A stretch of 20,000 bases of DNA, from IMG/VR virus record IMGVR_UViG_3300009161_000038. One strand, given 5' to 3'. Of the stretch, positions 1 to 8,372 are shown one piece after another. Source of the DNA: an uncultured virus (IMG/VR IMGVR_UViG_3300009161_000038) (taxonomy: Duplodnaviria > Heunggongvirae > Uroviricota > Caudoviricetes). Under the pieces are notes generated by a model, which did not search any database, had not been told where the DNA came from, and worked only from the letters and a program-made list of their open reading frames with translations. A program made the position numbers and the translations under genes. How positions within the stretch are numbered: the stretch's first letter is position 1; each line of letters opens with the position of its first letter.

Positions 1-896
1 AGTCTAATCATAATTTAGTTTTGTATTGTCCATTTCATAACAATACTCATACGCCTTGCTTTTATATTAGTGAAGAAAATGGAGCATGGATATGCTTCAA
101 CCCAGCATGTGCGGAATCTGGAAACATTATTCAGCTAGTTAAAAGAATTTGTAATAAAAATGATTTTGAAGCTATACGATTGGTTTCAAACAAAGAGAGT
201 GAGTCCTTAGATAATTTTGATATTCTTTTAAGCCAAGCCTTAGAAGATAAGCCAGAGTTTGTTGAGTTTAATTCCAAGAAATTAGATGAGCTTTATTTGG
301 GACTAACTCTTAGTAAAGAAGCAAGAGATTATTTTGAGACAAGAGGGATAAATTCAGAGTCTATGAATTATTTTAGACTGGGTTACTCTGAATCTCAAAA
401 CATGGTAGTTGTTCCAGTGCACAGCCCAGACGGACTCCCAGTAGGAATAGTTGGAAGATCTATAGTTGAGAAAAAATTTAAAAATAGCACCAACCTTCCT
501 AAGAATCAAACATTGTTTAATATACACAGGGCAAAGAAAATTGGTAGCCACGTAATCATTGTTGAATCTAGTTTTGATGCTATCAGGGTACATCAGGCTG
601 GATTCCCCAATGTTGTTGCCACTCTGGGAGGGCACTTATCAAGCAACAATCTTAATTTGTTAAATAGATACTTTACAAAAATTACTATAATGACAGACGC
701 AGATTCAGCTGGTAGGGAACTTGGATTATCTATTTCCTCTAGCCTAAGAAATAAAGATATTCTTTGGGCTTCTTGTGAATATGGTAAAGTTTATCAAAAT
801 AATGCAAAAGACGCAGGAGATTTATCAGAAAAAGAAATTAAGGAATGCATAATAAATTCAGTGTCCGATGTGGAATACAAATCCTGGACATTATGA
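1..896 (+). CDS. dnaG: DNA primase (DnaG-like, zinc finger + TOPRIM), probably 5'-truncated by the window
   Basis: CPFH...C..PAC zinc finger; TOPRIM motifs IIVESSFDA, VATLG, MTDADSAG. The frame is open from position 3 to the TTG at 21, so the true start probably lies upstream of the window. Confidence 0.92.
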   Translation, partial: SNHNLVLYCPFHNNTHTPCFYISEENGAWICFNPACAESGNIIQLVKRICNKNDFEAIRLVSNKESESLDNFDILLSQALEDKPEFVEFNSKKLDELYLGLTLSKEARDYFETRGINSESMNYFRLGYSESQNMVVVPVHSPDGLPVGIVGRSIVEKKFKNSTNLPKNQTLFNIHRAKKIGSHVIIVESSFDAIRVHQAGFPNVVATLGGHLSSNNLNLLNRYFTKITIMTDADSAGRELGLSISSSLRNKDILWASCEYGKVYQNNAKDAGDLSEKEIKECIINSVSDVEYKSWTL

Positions 897-902
897 TACA
901 AT
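894..902 (+). promoter_or_regulatory. Extended -10 promoter (TG-A-TACAAT) for the SSB gene
   Basis: TGATACAAT at 894-902, followed by a GATGG/CCATC hairpin (912-928) and SD AAGGAG before ATG 948. Confidence 0.55.
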
Positions 903-947
903 GGTAAAACAGATGGATCTATACCATCAACTACAAAAGGAGAAGAA

Positions 948-1616
948 ATGAGCATAGTAAAAGGTCTAAAAGACCTAAATAAAGCACTAGACAAGCCTGC
1001 ATATTCAGGCGGAGAAGAAAATAAAGGTCGTTGGTTAAAAATTGAAGATGGAGAAAGCGTTAAGATTAGATTTCTTCAAGAGTTGGATGCAGATTCACCC
1101 AACTACAATGACAAACTCGGATGTGGATTTATTGCCTTAGAGCATACCAATCCAAAAGATTATCGAAGAAAAGCTCTAGACACCATGGAGTCAGAAGGAC
1201 GCGACTGGGCGCAAGAACAGCATCGCAAAGATCCAAAGGCTGGATGGAAAGCTAGAACCCGTATTTATATCAATGTATTAGTTGATGACGGAAAGAATGA
1301 TCCATATGTTGCAATATTGTCTCAGGGAACAAGTGGAAAAACAATTACTCCTACATTAATCGAATACGCTGGTGAAATGGGAAGTATTACAAATTTAAAT
1401 TGGCGAATTAAAAGAAACGGTAGCAAGACAGACACAAGCTACACAATTATTCCTTTGGCCAAAGATGAAACACCTTTTGATTTTTCAAAATTAGAACTAT
1501 TTGATCTTGAAAAAACTGCTGTAAGGAATGTTCCATACGCAGAACAAGAGTCTTTCTACATGGGAGAGTCCTCACAAGAACTAGCAGTTGCCTCAACTGG
1601 TAGCGTAGAGTGGTAA
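948..1616 (+). CDS. Phage single-stranded DNA-binding protein (gp32-like)
   Basis: Between primase and polymerase; WLKIEDGESVKIRFL, RIYINVLV and WRIKRNGSKTDTSYTIIP segments typical of phage OB-fold SSBs; tail ends in an aromatic residue (VEW); strong SD. Confidence 0.75.
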   Translation: MSIVKGLKDLNKALDKPAYSGGEENKGRWLKIEDGESVKIRFLQELDADSPNYNDKLGCGFIALEHTNPKDYRRKALDTMESEGRDWAQEQHRKDPKAGWKARTRIYINVLVDDGKNDPYVAILSQGTSGKTITPTLIEYAGEMGSITNLNWRIKRNGSKTDTSYTIIPLAKDETPFDFSKLELFDLEKTAVRNVPYAEQESFYMGESSQELAVASTGSVEW

Positions 1617-1626
1617 ATTAAATATG

Positions 1627-1660
1627 CTGGGGGTGGCTCTTGCCACCCTCAGTTTTATTT
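1627..1660 (+). terminator. Rho-independent terminator after SSB
   Basis: CTGGGGGTGGC-TCTT-GCCACCCTCAG, an 11-bp stem with one G-U pair, followed by TTTTATTT. Confidence 0.88.
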
Positions 1661-1662
1661 AG

Positions 1663-1677
1663 TAAAATATAATTATG
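1663..1677 (+). promoter_or_regulatory. -10 box giving a probable leaderless transcript
   Basis: TAAAAT at 1663-1668, 6 nt, then ATG 1675; no SD upstream; immediately after a terminator. Confidence 0.5.
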
Positions 1678-1881
1678 ACTACATACGATATACCAGATCC
1701 ATTTCAAGAATTTGTGTATAATAAATATAAAAATTATGTAGGAGCACTGTACAACTTTTTTGCCAGAGAGTGGCATGTAAAGTGTGGCTGCTGCAAGAAA
1801 GATATATACGCACCAACTAAAAAAACATTAACTAGTACCAGGCTGTATCACACCAGAAACGAATGTCAAGGCGGTTATTAA
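1675..1881 (+). CDS. Small hypothetical protein, possible zinc-binding
   Basis: 68 aa with CGCC...H....C; its stop overlaps the dnaE start (TAATG). Confidence 0.65.
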   Translation: MTTYDIPDPFQEFVYNKYKNYVGALYNFFAREWHVKCGCCKKDIYAPTKKTLTSTRLYHTRNECQGGY

Positions 1882-4800
1882 TGAGTTTTACACATCTACA
1901 CGTTCATTCATATTATTCTTTAATGGACGGGCTTAATTCTCCAAAAGAGTTATGCCAAGCAGCAATAGACGCTGGCCAAACATCTATAGCAATTACAGAT
2001 CATGGAACATTGTCATCTCACAGAGAAATGCAAATTGCTGCAAAAGAATTAGGCATTAAGCCAATTCTTGGAGTAGAGGCTTACATATCCCCAACAGATA
2101 GATTTGATAGATCGTCTGCAACAGACAAAAGCATACAGGCGTACAACCACATTATCCTGCTGGCTAAAAATAAAAACGGATTAAAGAATATTAACTCATT
2201 ACAAGAGATAGCTTGGAATGAAGGGTTTTACCATAAGCCTAGAATTGATATGGAGATACTAAAAGAATATGCAAAAGATATTATTGTTCTTTCTGGATGC
2301 CTTAATGGACTTATTAGTAAGTGCATTGAAAAAGAAGAGTTTGAGGAAGCGGAAGATATACTTAAAGATTTTAAGAAAAATTTTGGCGAAGATTTTTACA
2401 TTGAGGTACAATCTCACAATCCAAAAGAAATAAATAGCAAGTTGCTAGAATTAGCAGACAAGCTAGGAATTAAGCCAGTAGCGACTGGAGATGCCCATTA
2501 CGCAAAAGGCGAAGATAAGACTTTAGAAGAAGCAATGCTTATTCTATCTACATCTCCTAAATCAGATAAAGAATCAGACTTTGAGGTTTCTAGGGGGATG
2601 GGAGATGTCTTAGACAGACTTAATTATCTATACCCAGACAGAAGAATATCATTCCAAGACTATAATTTATTTATTCAGACTAGAGAAGAAATTGAATCCG
2701 ACTTTAACAAATGTGATATTAAACGAGTAGACATTTATGAAAATACTATGGAGATAGCGGAAAAAATTGGAGAATACGATTTTAACAGGGGTTTAGACCT
2801 ACTCCCTATCCCAAAGACCAATGCCGACCAAAAGCTGTCTGATATGGCCTTTGAGGGCCTAGAAAGGCTACGCCTAAGAGAGAGCTGGCTAGGAAATGAC
2901 GTATATGACCAAAGGCTTATAGAAGAGCTTGAGATTATTAAGGATAAAAATTTTGCCTCTTATTTCTTAGTTGTCGCAGATATGATTAATTGGGCTAAAG
3001 AAAATGAAATAATGGTTGGTCCAGGACGTGGTTCAGCAGCAGGATCATTAGTTTGCTATGCCTTGGGAATTACAGATGTAGACCCAATTGAGTACGACCT
3101 TTTGTTCTTTAGATTTATTAACCCAGACCGTAACGATTTTCCAGATATTGATACTGATTTTGAAGATCGTCGACGTAAAGAAGTAAAAGATTATCTTAAA
3201 AAGAAATTTAAACACGTTGCGTCAATATCAACTTTTACTTATTTTAAAGACAAGGGAGTTGTAAGAGATGCTGCTCGTGTATTTATGGTTCCCCTGTCTG
3301 ATGTAAATAGGGCGATGAAGCAAGTTGATACATTTGAAGACTTTATGGATTCGCCTAACACAAAAGAATTTAGAATGAAGTACCCAGAAGTTTTATGGCT
3401 TGCAGAAAAGTTACGTGGAAAAATTAGAAGTGTTGGTGTTCACGCTGCTGGAGTAGTCGTGGCAAAAGAAGATTTAAGAAATTTTGCGCCCATAGAATCT
3501 AGAGAAGATCCTCAAGATAAAGTTTCAGGAAGAATTCCAGTCGTTGCATACGACATGGACACGGTTGCTGATATTGGATTAATTAAAGTAGATGCTCTTG
3601 GTTTAAAAACTCTTTCTGTTATTTCTGATACTATCAAAGCAATTAAAGAAAGATCTGGCAAAGAAATCAATTTGTCTCAATTAGATTTTAAAGACCCAAA
3701 GGTTTATAAAAATTTAAGCGAAGGTTATACTAAGGGAGTGTTTCAAGCAGAAGCAGTACCTTACACAAACTTGTTAATAAAAATGGGAGTAGATAAATTT
3801 GAAGACTTGGCTGCCTCTAACGCTTTAGTAAGACCAGGAGCCATGAATACCGTAGGAGTTTCTTACGTAGCAAGAAAACGTGGGCAAGAGCCTACGCAAT
3901 ATGTTCATGAGATAATGCGTCCTTTTACAGAAAACACATACGGAGTTATTATATATCAAGAACAGGTTATGCAAGCATGCGTCTATCTAGGCGGAATGTC
4001 TTGGTCAGAAGCTGACAAAATTAGAAAGGTTATTGGTAAAAAAAGAGATGCAACAGAACTTGACGAATTCAAAGATAAATTTATTAATGGGGCTTCAAAA
4101 CACATTTCTCAGAAAAAGGCCCAGTCCCTTTGGAGTGATTTCGAGGCTCATGCTGGCTACTCTTTTAATCGTTCTCATGCTGTCTCTTATTCCATGCTTA
4201 CTTATTATACGGCTTGGCTTAAAACTTATTACCCTCTTGAGTTTATGTTTTCGGTTCTTAAAAACGAAAATGATAAAGATGCTAAAACTGGCTATCTTAT
4301 TGAAGCGAAAAGATTAAACCTTAAGATACTTCTTCCAGACATAAATAATTCAAATGTTTATTTTTCATTAAAAGAAGATGCAATGCAATTTGGATTAGCA
4401 GATATAAAATTTATATCTGACAGTATTGCTAACAAAATTATAGAGAGAAGGCCTTATGCCGATTATTCCGATTTCATTCAAAAAGCCTCTGCGAAAGGTA
4501 GCGGGATTAATAGTAGGGCTGTATCTGCTCTTAATGCTATTGGCGGTGCTTCTTTTGAGGACAATCCCAGAACTGGTAAGGAAAAAGAAAACTACTACGA
4601 ATACCTAAGCATTCCTACCTTTACAGTAGACTTGCCACCAAGAATTAAATCACAGGCAAGACCAATTTCAGAATTTGAAGACCTAGGATCTTTCCCTTTG
4701 TTTGGAATGGTTAAGAGCATTAAGAGGGGAACGGGTTGGTCAAGAATTGAAATTGTAGACGAGACTGGCACCGTAGGTTTATTCCATACAGAGCAAACTC

Positions 4801-5159
4801 AAATTGAAACTGGACAGATGTATTTTATACTAGTTGGAGATAATAGAATTGCAAGGTATATTAAGGTTTCTGAAATAGACCCAAATGGAACAGATCTGTT
4901 TGTCGATTATTTATATAGAAAAGAATATGACATGCAAGAAGATGAGCAAATGGTAGTTAATTTTAGTCCATACAAAACTAAAGCTGGAAAAACTATGGCG
5001 CATATTGTCATGACAGACAAGAATAAGAATTTAACTAGAGCAATTGCATTTCCAACAATGTATTCAAAAGTTTTAGGTAAAATGCGTGAAGGAATGAAAA
5101 GTAAGCCAGTTCTATCAAAACTAGATGATGGAACTTTAATGATAAAGGAGATAAAATGA
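1881..5159 (+). CDS. dnaE: DNA polymerase III alpha subunit (DnaE-type)
   Basis: PHP motifs HLHVHS, ITDHG, GVEAY, HIILLA, DAHY; GRGSAAGS; catalytic FPDIDTD; HAAGVV; YSFNRSH. Start set to ATG 1881 (TAATG coupling). Confidence 0.97.
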   Translation: MSFTHLHVHSYYSLMDGLNSPKELCQAAIDAGQTSIAITDHGTLSSHREMQIAAKELGIKPILGVEAYISPTDRFDRSSATDKSIQAYNHIILLAKNKNGLKNINSLQEIAWNEGFYHKPRIDMEILKEYAKDIIVLSGCLNGLISKCIEKEEFEEAEDILKDFKKNFGEDFYIEVQSHNPKEINSKLLELADKLGIKPVATGDAHYAKGEDKTLEEAMLILSTSPKSDKESDFEVSRGMGDVLDRLNYLYPDRRISFQDYNLFIQTREEIESDFNKCDIKRVDIYENTMEIAEKIGEYDFNRGLDLLPIPKTNADQKLSDMAFEGLERLRLRESWLGNDVYDQRLIEELEIIKDKNFASYFLVVADMINWAKENEIMVGPGRGSAAGSLVCYALGITDVDPIEYDLLFFRFINPDRNDFPDIDTDFEDRRRKEVKDYLKKKFKHVASISTFTYFKDKGVVRDAARVFMVPLSDVNRAMKQVDTFEDFMDSPNTKEFRMKYPEVLWLAEKLRGKIRSVGVHAAGVVVAKEDLRNFAPIESREDPQDKVSGRIPVVAYDMDTVADIGLIKVDALGLKTLSVISDTIKAIKERSGKEINLSQLDFKDPKVYKNLSEGYTKGVFQAEAVPYTNLLIKMGVDKFEDLAASNALVRPGAMNTVGVSYVARKRGQEPTQYVHEIMRPFTENTYGVIIYQEQVMQACVYLGGMSWSEADKIRKVIGKKRDATELDEFKDKFINGASKHISQKKAQSLWSDFEAHAGYSFNRSHAVSYSMLTYYTAWLKTYYPLEFMFSVLKNENDKDAKTGYLIEAKRLNLKILLPDINNSNVYFSLKEDAMQFGLADIKFISDSIANKIIERRPYADYSDFIQKASAKGSGINSRAVSALNAIGGASFEDNPRTGKEKENYYEYLSIPTFTVDLPPRIKSQARPISEFEDLGSFPLFGMVKSIKRGTGWSRIEIVDETGTVGLFHTEQTQIETGQMYFILVGDNRIARYIKVSEIDPNGTDLFVDYLYRKEYDMQEDEQMVVNFSPYKTKAGKTMAHIVMTDKNKNLTRAIAFPTMYSKVLGKMREGMKSKPVLSKLDDGTLMIKEIK

Positions 5160-5386
5160 CAGACAGCGCCTCAGAGATATTTAAAGCAATGAGTTCTTCA
5201 AAGATACTTGTAGCAATATTAAAAACTCAAAAAGAGGTTTTAGTCCCTATTGATATATTTTTTGGATTAGGGGATGAAGAGAATTTAAAGGTAGAGTTTG
5301 ATGATGTTTCAAGAAATTTTGTATTTAAGTTGTCGGAAAATTCTGGCGAAAAAAATGCTATAATGGACGAAACAAAGAAAGAATAA
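5156..5386 (+). CDS. Hypothetical protein
   Basis: 76 aa, ATGA overlap with the dnaE stop, SD AAGGAG upstream. Confidence 0.7.
   Translation: MTDSASEIFKAMSSSKILVAILKTQKEVLVPIDIFFGLGDEENLKVEFDDVSRNFVFKLSENSGEKNAIMDETKKE
5356..5364 (+). promoter_or_regulatory. Extended -10 promoter (TGCTATAAT) upstream of recA
   Basis: TG-C-TATAAT at 5356-5364, 24 nt before the recA ATG. Confidence 0.6.
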
Positions 5387-5388
5387 AA

Positions 5389-6393
5389 ATGACAATTTTA
5401 ATGGAAGAGATTTTAGCAAAGCTGGATTCAAAAACAAGAGATAGAGTTCAGTCTGCAGTAGATGTTAAAATCATAAAACAAAAAACTCCAAGCATTGGTT
5501 TAAACTTAGCACTCAACGGTGGACTTGGACATGGAAGACAGGCCTTGGTATGGGGAAATAAGTCTTCTGGTAAATCTTCCTTTTGTTTGCAAATGATTGC
5601 TCTTGCTCAAAAAGAAGGAAAAACTTGCGCTTGGATTGACGCAGAGCATTCTTACTCTCCAGAGTGGGCAGAAAAATTAGGTGTTGACTCATCAAAACTA
5701 ATATACTCACCAGCTAAAACTATTAATGACATGGTAGACGTTGCAACAAAACTTATGTCTGCAGATATAGATATTATTGTAGTTGATTCAATATCAGCTT
5801 TGTTGCCTGCAATATATTTTGAAAAAGATGGCGACGAGTTAAAAGATTTACAAGATACAAAACAGATAGGCGCAGAAGCAAAGGATATGACCCACGCAGT
5901 CAAAATGTTAAACTATGCAAACAAAAACACATTATTGGTTCTCATTTCACAGCAAAGAAACCAGTTTGGATCTATGCACGCCTCCCATATTCCAACAGGG
6001 GGAATGGCGGTCAAGTTCTTTTCTTCTACGGTCATTAAACTTTGGTCCTCAGAAGCTGAGGCTAATGCTATCAAGGCAGGTGTTAAAGTTGGCGATAAAA
6101 TTATTGAACAGAGAGTTGGAAGGCCAGTCAATTGGATTGTCGATTACAACAAACTCGGCCCCCCTAATTTATCAGGACAGTACGACTTCTATTACCAAGG
6201 AGATCATTTAGGGGTTGACGATATTGGAGAAACTTTAGACGTAGCAGAAATGTGCGGATTAGTTGAAAAAGGTGGCGCTTGGTACACAGTTAACTCAGAA
6301 AGATTGCAGGGTAGAGCTAAAGCCGTACAGTATCTAAAGGATAATCCAAAGGTTGTTGAAAAACTTAAGAAAGATATAGATGCTAAGATTTAA
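5389..6393 (+). CDS. recA: RecA/UvsX-like recombinase
   Basis: Walker A GNKSSGKS, WIDAEH, Walker B IIVVDSISAL, TGGMAVKFFSS, C-terminal KGGAWY and QGRAKAVQYL. Confidence 0.95.
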   Translation: MTILMEEILAKLDSKTRDRVQSAVDVKIIKQKTPSIGLNLALNGGLGHGRQALVWGNKSSGKSSFCLQMIALAQKEGKTCAWIDAEHSYSPEWAEKLGVDSSKLIYSPAKTINDMVDVATKLMSADIDIIVVDSISALLPAIYFEKDGDELKDLQDTKQIGAEAKDMTHAVKMLNYANKNTLLVLISQQRNQFGSMHASHIPTGGMAVKFFSSTVIKLWSSEAEANAIKAGVKVGDKIIEQRVGRPVNWIVDYNKLGPPNLSGQYDFYYQGDHLGVDDIGETLDVAEMCGLVEKGGAWYTVNSERLQGRAKAVQYLKDNPKVVEKLKKDIDAKI

Positions 6394-7294
6394 TGACATT
6401 GAAAATGTAAAGGCATATAAGTTAATAGATGGAGCAATCCTGTACCAAAATGTTTTAAAAAATACTGAAGAAATATTGTCATTTTTTAAAGAAGCAGAAT
6501 TATACAAAGAAGATAAATACCTTATGAAAAAATTTGAGATCTGGGGAAATCATGGAACAATGACTGAAATTGACTCAACTAGCTATCATGGTTTTGCCCC
6601 AGAATACTTTAATCCAGATGATCAAGAGCAAGTAAAACAAAAAAAGGTTTTTGAAAAGCTTGAAGATGCATATAGATTTGTTAAAAAAGATTTTATGATT
6701 AAGTATGGAAACAAAGATATTTGGCCAAGTCATTATAAGAAAGTTGATCTGTTTAATGAATGTGAAAATACAAGAATTGCATTTTTGAAATATGATGTAG
6801 ACCTGGCAAAAAAAGCCGAATCACAAAAATTTAATTTTAGTGCTTTTCATAGCGATTTTTTTGAACAGGATATGGATACTCCTGGGTATAAATTAATTTT
6901 TACTGTTATGATATATTTAAATGATGAATACGATGGTGGAGAAATTTGTTTTTGGGATGGTAAAAAAATAGTAGGTCATAAGCCAAGCTCTGGAGACATT
7001 ATTGTTTTTCCTTCTTGTGAGCCATTTTATCACGGAGTTTTAAATATTAACAACAGCAATAGGTATGCAATTAGAATGAACTATGTTGCAGTAACAGAGG
7101 GATCAGAAGAATTTAAGAATGGAAACTTTGTTCCATCCCTAAATTATACTAATTATAAAGTAGGATACAGATGGACTAAAGATGGAAAAGAAACAACTAC
7201 AAGCCCAGACCTAGATATTAATACTCTTGTTGATCCGCCATTAATTTTAAATTTAGATCAAATGGAAAGAGTGTTAATTGATGCCAAACATTAA
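6380..7294 (+). CDS. 2OG-Fe(II) oxygenase (prolyl-4-hydroxylase-like)
   Basis: FHSD (HxD), MIYLNDEYDGGEI, YHGV (distal His), RYAIR (2OG-binding Arg). Confidence 0.85.
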   Translation: MLRFNDIENVKAYKLIDGAILYQNVLKNTEEILSFFKEAELYKEDKYLMKKFEIWGNHGTMTEIDSTSYHGFAPEYFNPDDQEQVKQKKVFEKLEDAYRFVKKDFMIKYGNKDIWPSHYKKVDLFNECENTRIAFLKYDVDLAKKAESQKFNFSAFHSDFFEQDMDTPGYKLIFTVMIYLNDEYDGGEICFWDGKKIVGHKPSSGDIIVFPSCEPFYHGVLNINNSNRYAIRMNYVAVTEGSEEFKNGNFVPSLNYTNYKVGYRWTKDGKETTTSPDLDINTLVDPPLILNLDQMERVLIDAKH

Positions 7295-7472
7295 TGAATT
7301 TTTTGATAAAAAAGAAATAGTACAGCAATCTGCTTTAGAAGAAATTATTGGCACAAAGCCTTGCCATAAATGCGAAAAGAATGCAGAAAAAGCTTTTTGG
7401 AATCCATCAACCTTTACTCTTTCTTGGACATGCCCAGACGGGCACAGTTCTCAGCACCTGGTGAACAGATAA
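7281..7472 (+). CDS. Small zinc-ribbon hypothetical protein
   Basis: CHKC...WTCPDGH; ATG 7281 overlaps the upstream stop by 14 nt; TAATG coupling downstream. Confidence 0.7.
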   Translation: MPNINEFFDKKEIVQQSALEEIIGTKPCHKCEKNAEKAFWNPSTFTLSWTCPDGHSSQHLVNR

Positions 7473-7783
7473 TGTCAGAAAGATCAGAAGCAAAAAGAGA
7501 TGGTGCAAAGCAGCAAAAAAATAGTGGACGTGGGGATTACCAAAAAGGGGATGCTCAATGGGGCAATTTTGTGGTAGATTATAAAGAATATGAAAAAACA
7601 ATTTCTGTTTCCAAAGATATGTGGGCTAAGATATGCACAGATACATTTAAGGTAAATAGAGACAAGCACCCAGTACTTAAACTTGTTCTGGGATCTTCTG
7701 GCAATAAAGTAAGGCTTGCAGTAATTGAATGGTCATTGTTAGAACAACTAATAGAATCTGGAGAAGCTCATGGGATCAAATAA
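7472..7783 (+). CDS. Holliday junction resolvase-like PD-(D/E)XK nuclease
   Basis: SERSEAKR...NSGRG..KGDA....VDYK pattern of phage Hjc-like nucleases; start moved to ATG 7472 (TAATG). Confidence 0.7.
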   Translation: MSERSEAKRDGAKQQKNSGRGDYQKGDAQWGNFVVDYKEYEKTISVSKDMWAKICTDTFKVNRDKHPVLKLVLGSSGNKVRLAVIEWSLLEQLIESGEAHGIK

Positions 7784-7907
7784 CAAAATTCCTTTTAATC
7801 CTACTGTTATTAAAAACGGTAGAATTATTAGAATTAGAAAAGACGGAACAATAAAGGCCGATCTTGGGCCTGTTAAGTCAAATAAGAAAAAGATTAAGCA
7901 TGTCTGA
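7770..7907 (+). CDS. Small basic hypothetical protein (45 aa; not in ORF track)
   Basis: MGSNNKIPFNPTVIKNGRIIRIRKDGTIKADLGPVKSNKKKIKHV*; GGAG upstream; fills the gap and overlaps both neighbours. Confidence 0.65.
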   Translation: MGSNNKIPFNPTVIKNGRIIRIRKDGTIKADLGPVKSNKKKIKHV

Positions 7908-8238
7908 GGATAAAAATACTCTTGAGTTAATTAGCTCAATTACAGAATTCAATGACCTTCATGAATACATGAGCGATGAACAGCTAGATAAGGCCTTGTC
8001 AATTGTGGTAAAATTATTAATGAATCCAGATGTGCCTTCTGCCAAAGCACCATATTTGATTATAGAGCTTCAAGCAATGTCAACTAAGTTTTCAATGATG
8101 GCTTCAGTTTATTCCACTATTGCAAAGGATAAGGCAGGCTCAGTTAATAATAATAAAAAGAACATTTATTATTCAGCAAAAGAGTCTATAGACAAACTGG
8201 TAGATGCACTTAAATATGTAGTGAGGTATAATTCATGA
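7900..8238 (+). CDS. Hypothetical helical phage protein
   Basis: 112 aa from ATG 7900 (MSEDKNTLEL), preferred over the TTG at 7864. Confidence 0.75.
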   Translation: MSEDKNTLELISSITEFNDLHEYMSDEQLDKALSIVVKLLMNPDVPSAKAPYLIIELQAMSTKFSMMASVYSTIAKDKAGSVNNNKKNIYYSAKESIDKLVDALKYVVRYNS

Positions 8239-8369
8239 AAAAGGCTTGGGCTTTAATTACGATATCCGCAACAGCGATCCTTTCAGGTTTAGCGTTATCT
8301 AAATTTTTAAAATGGGTTGGGCAAGAAGAAGTTTTTGACTTTGACCTAAGTGATGATGTGGTAGACTAA
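8235..8369 (+). CDS. Small single-pass membrane protein (44 aa; not in ORF track)
   Basis: MKKAWALITISATAILSGLALSKFLKWVGQEEVFDFDLSDDVVD*; ATGA overlap, GAGG SD, hydrophobic N-terminal helix, acidic tail. Confidence 0.65.
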   Translation: MKKAWALITISATAILSGLALSKFLKWVGQEEVFDFDLSDDVVD

Positions 8370-8372
8370 TAT

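Noticed and set aside
4033..4317. Alternate-frame ORF inside dnaE (likewise 5915-6211 inside recA)
   Set aside because: Fully nested in conserved coding sequence, with no motif or clear translation signal.
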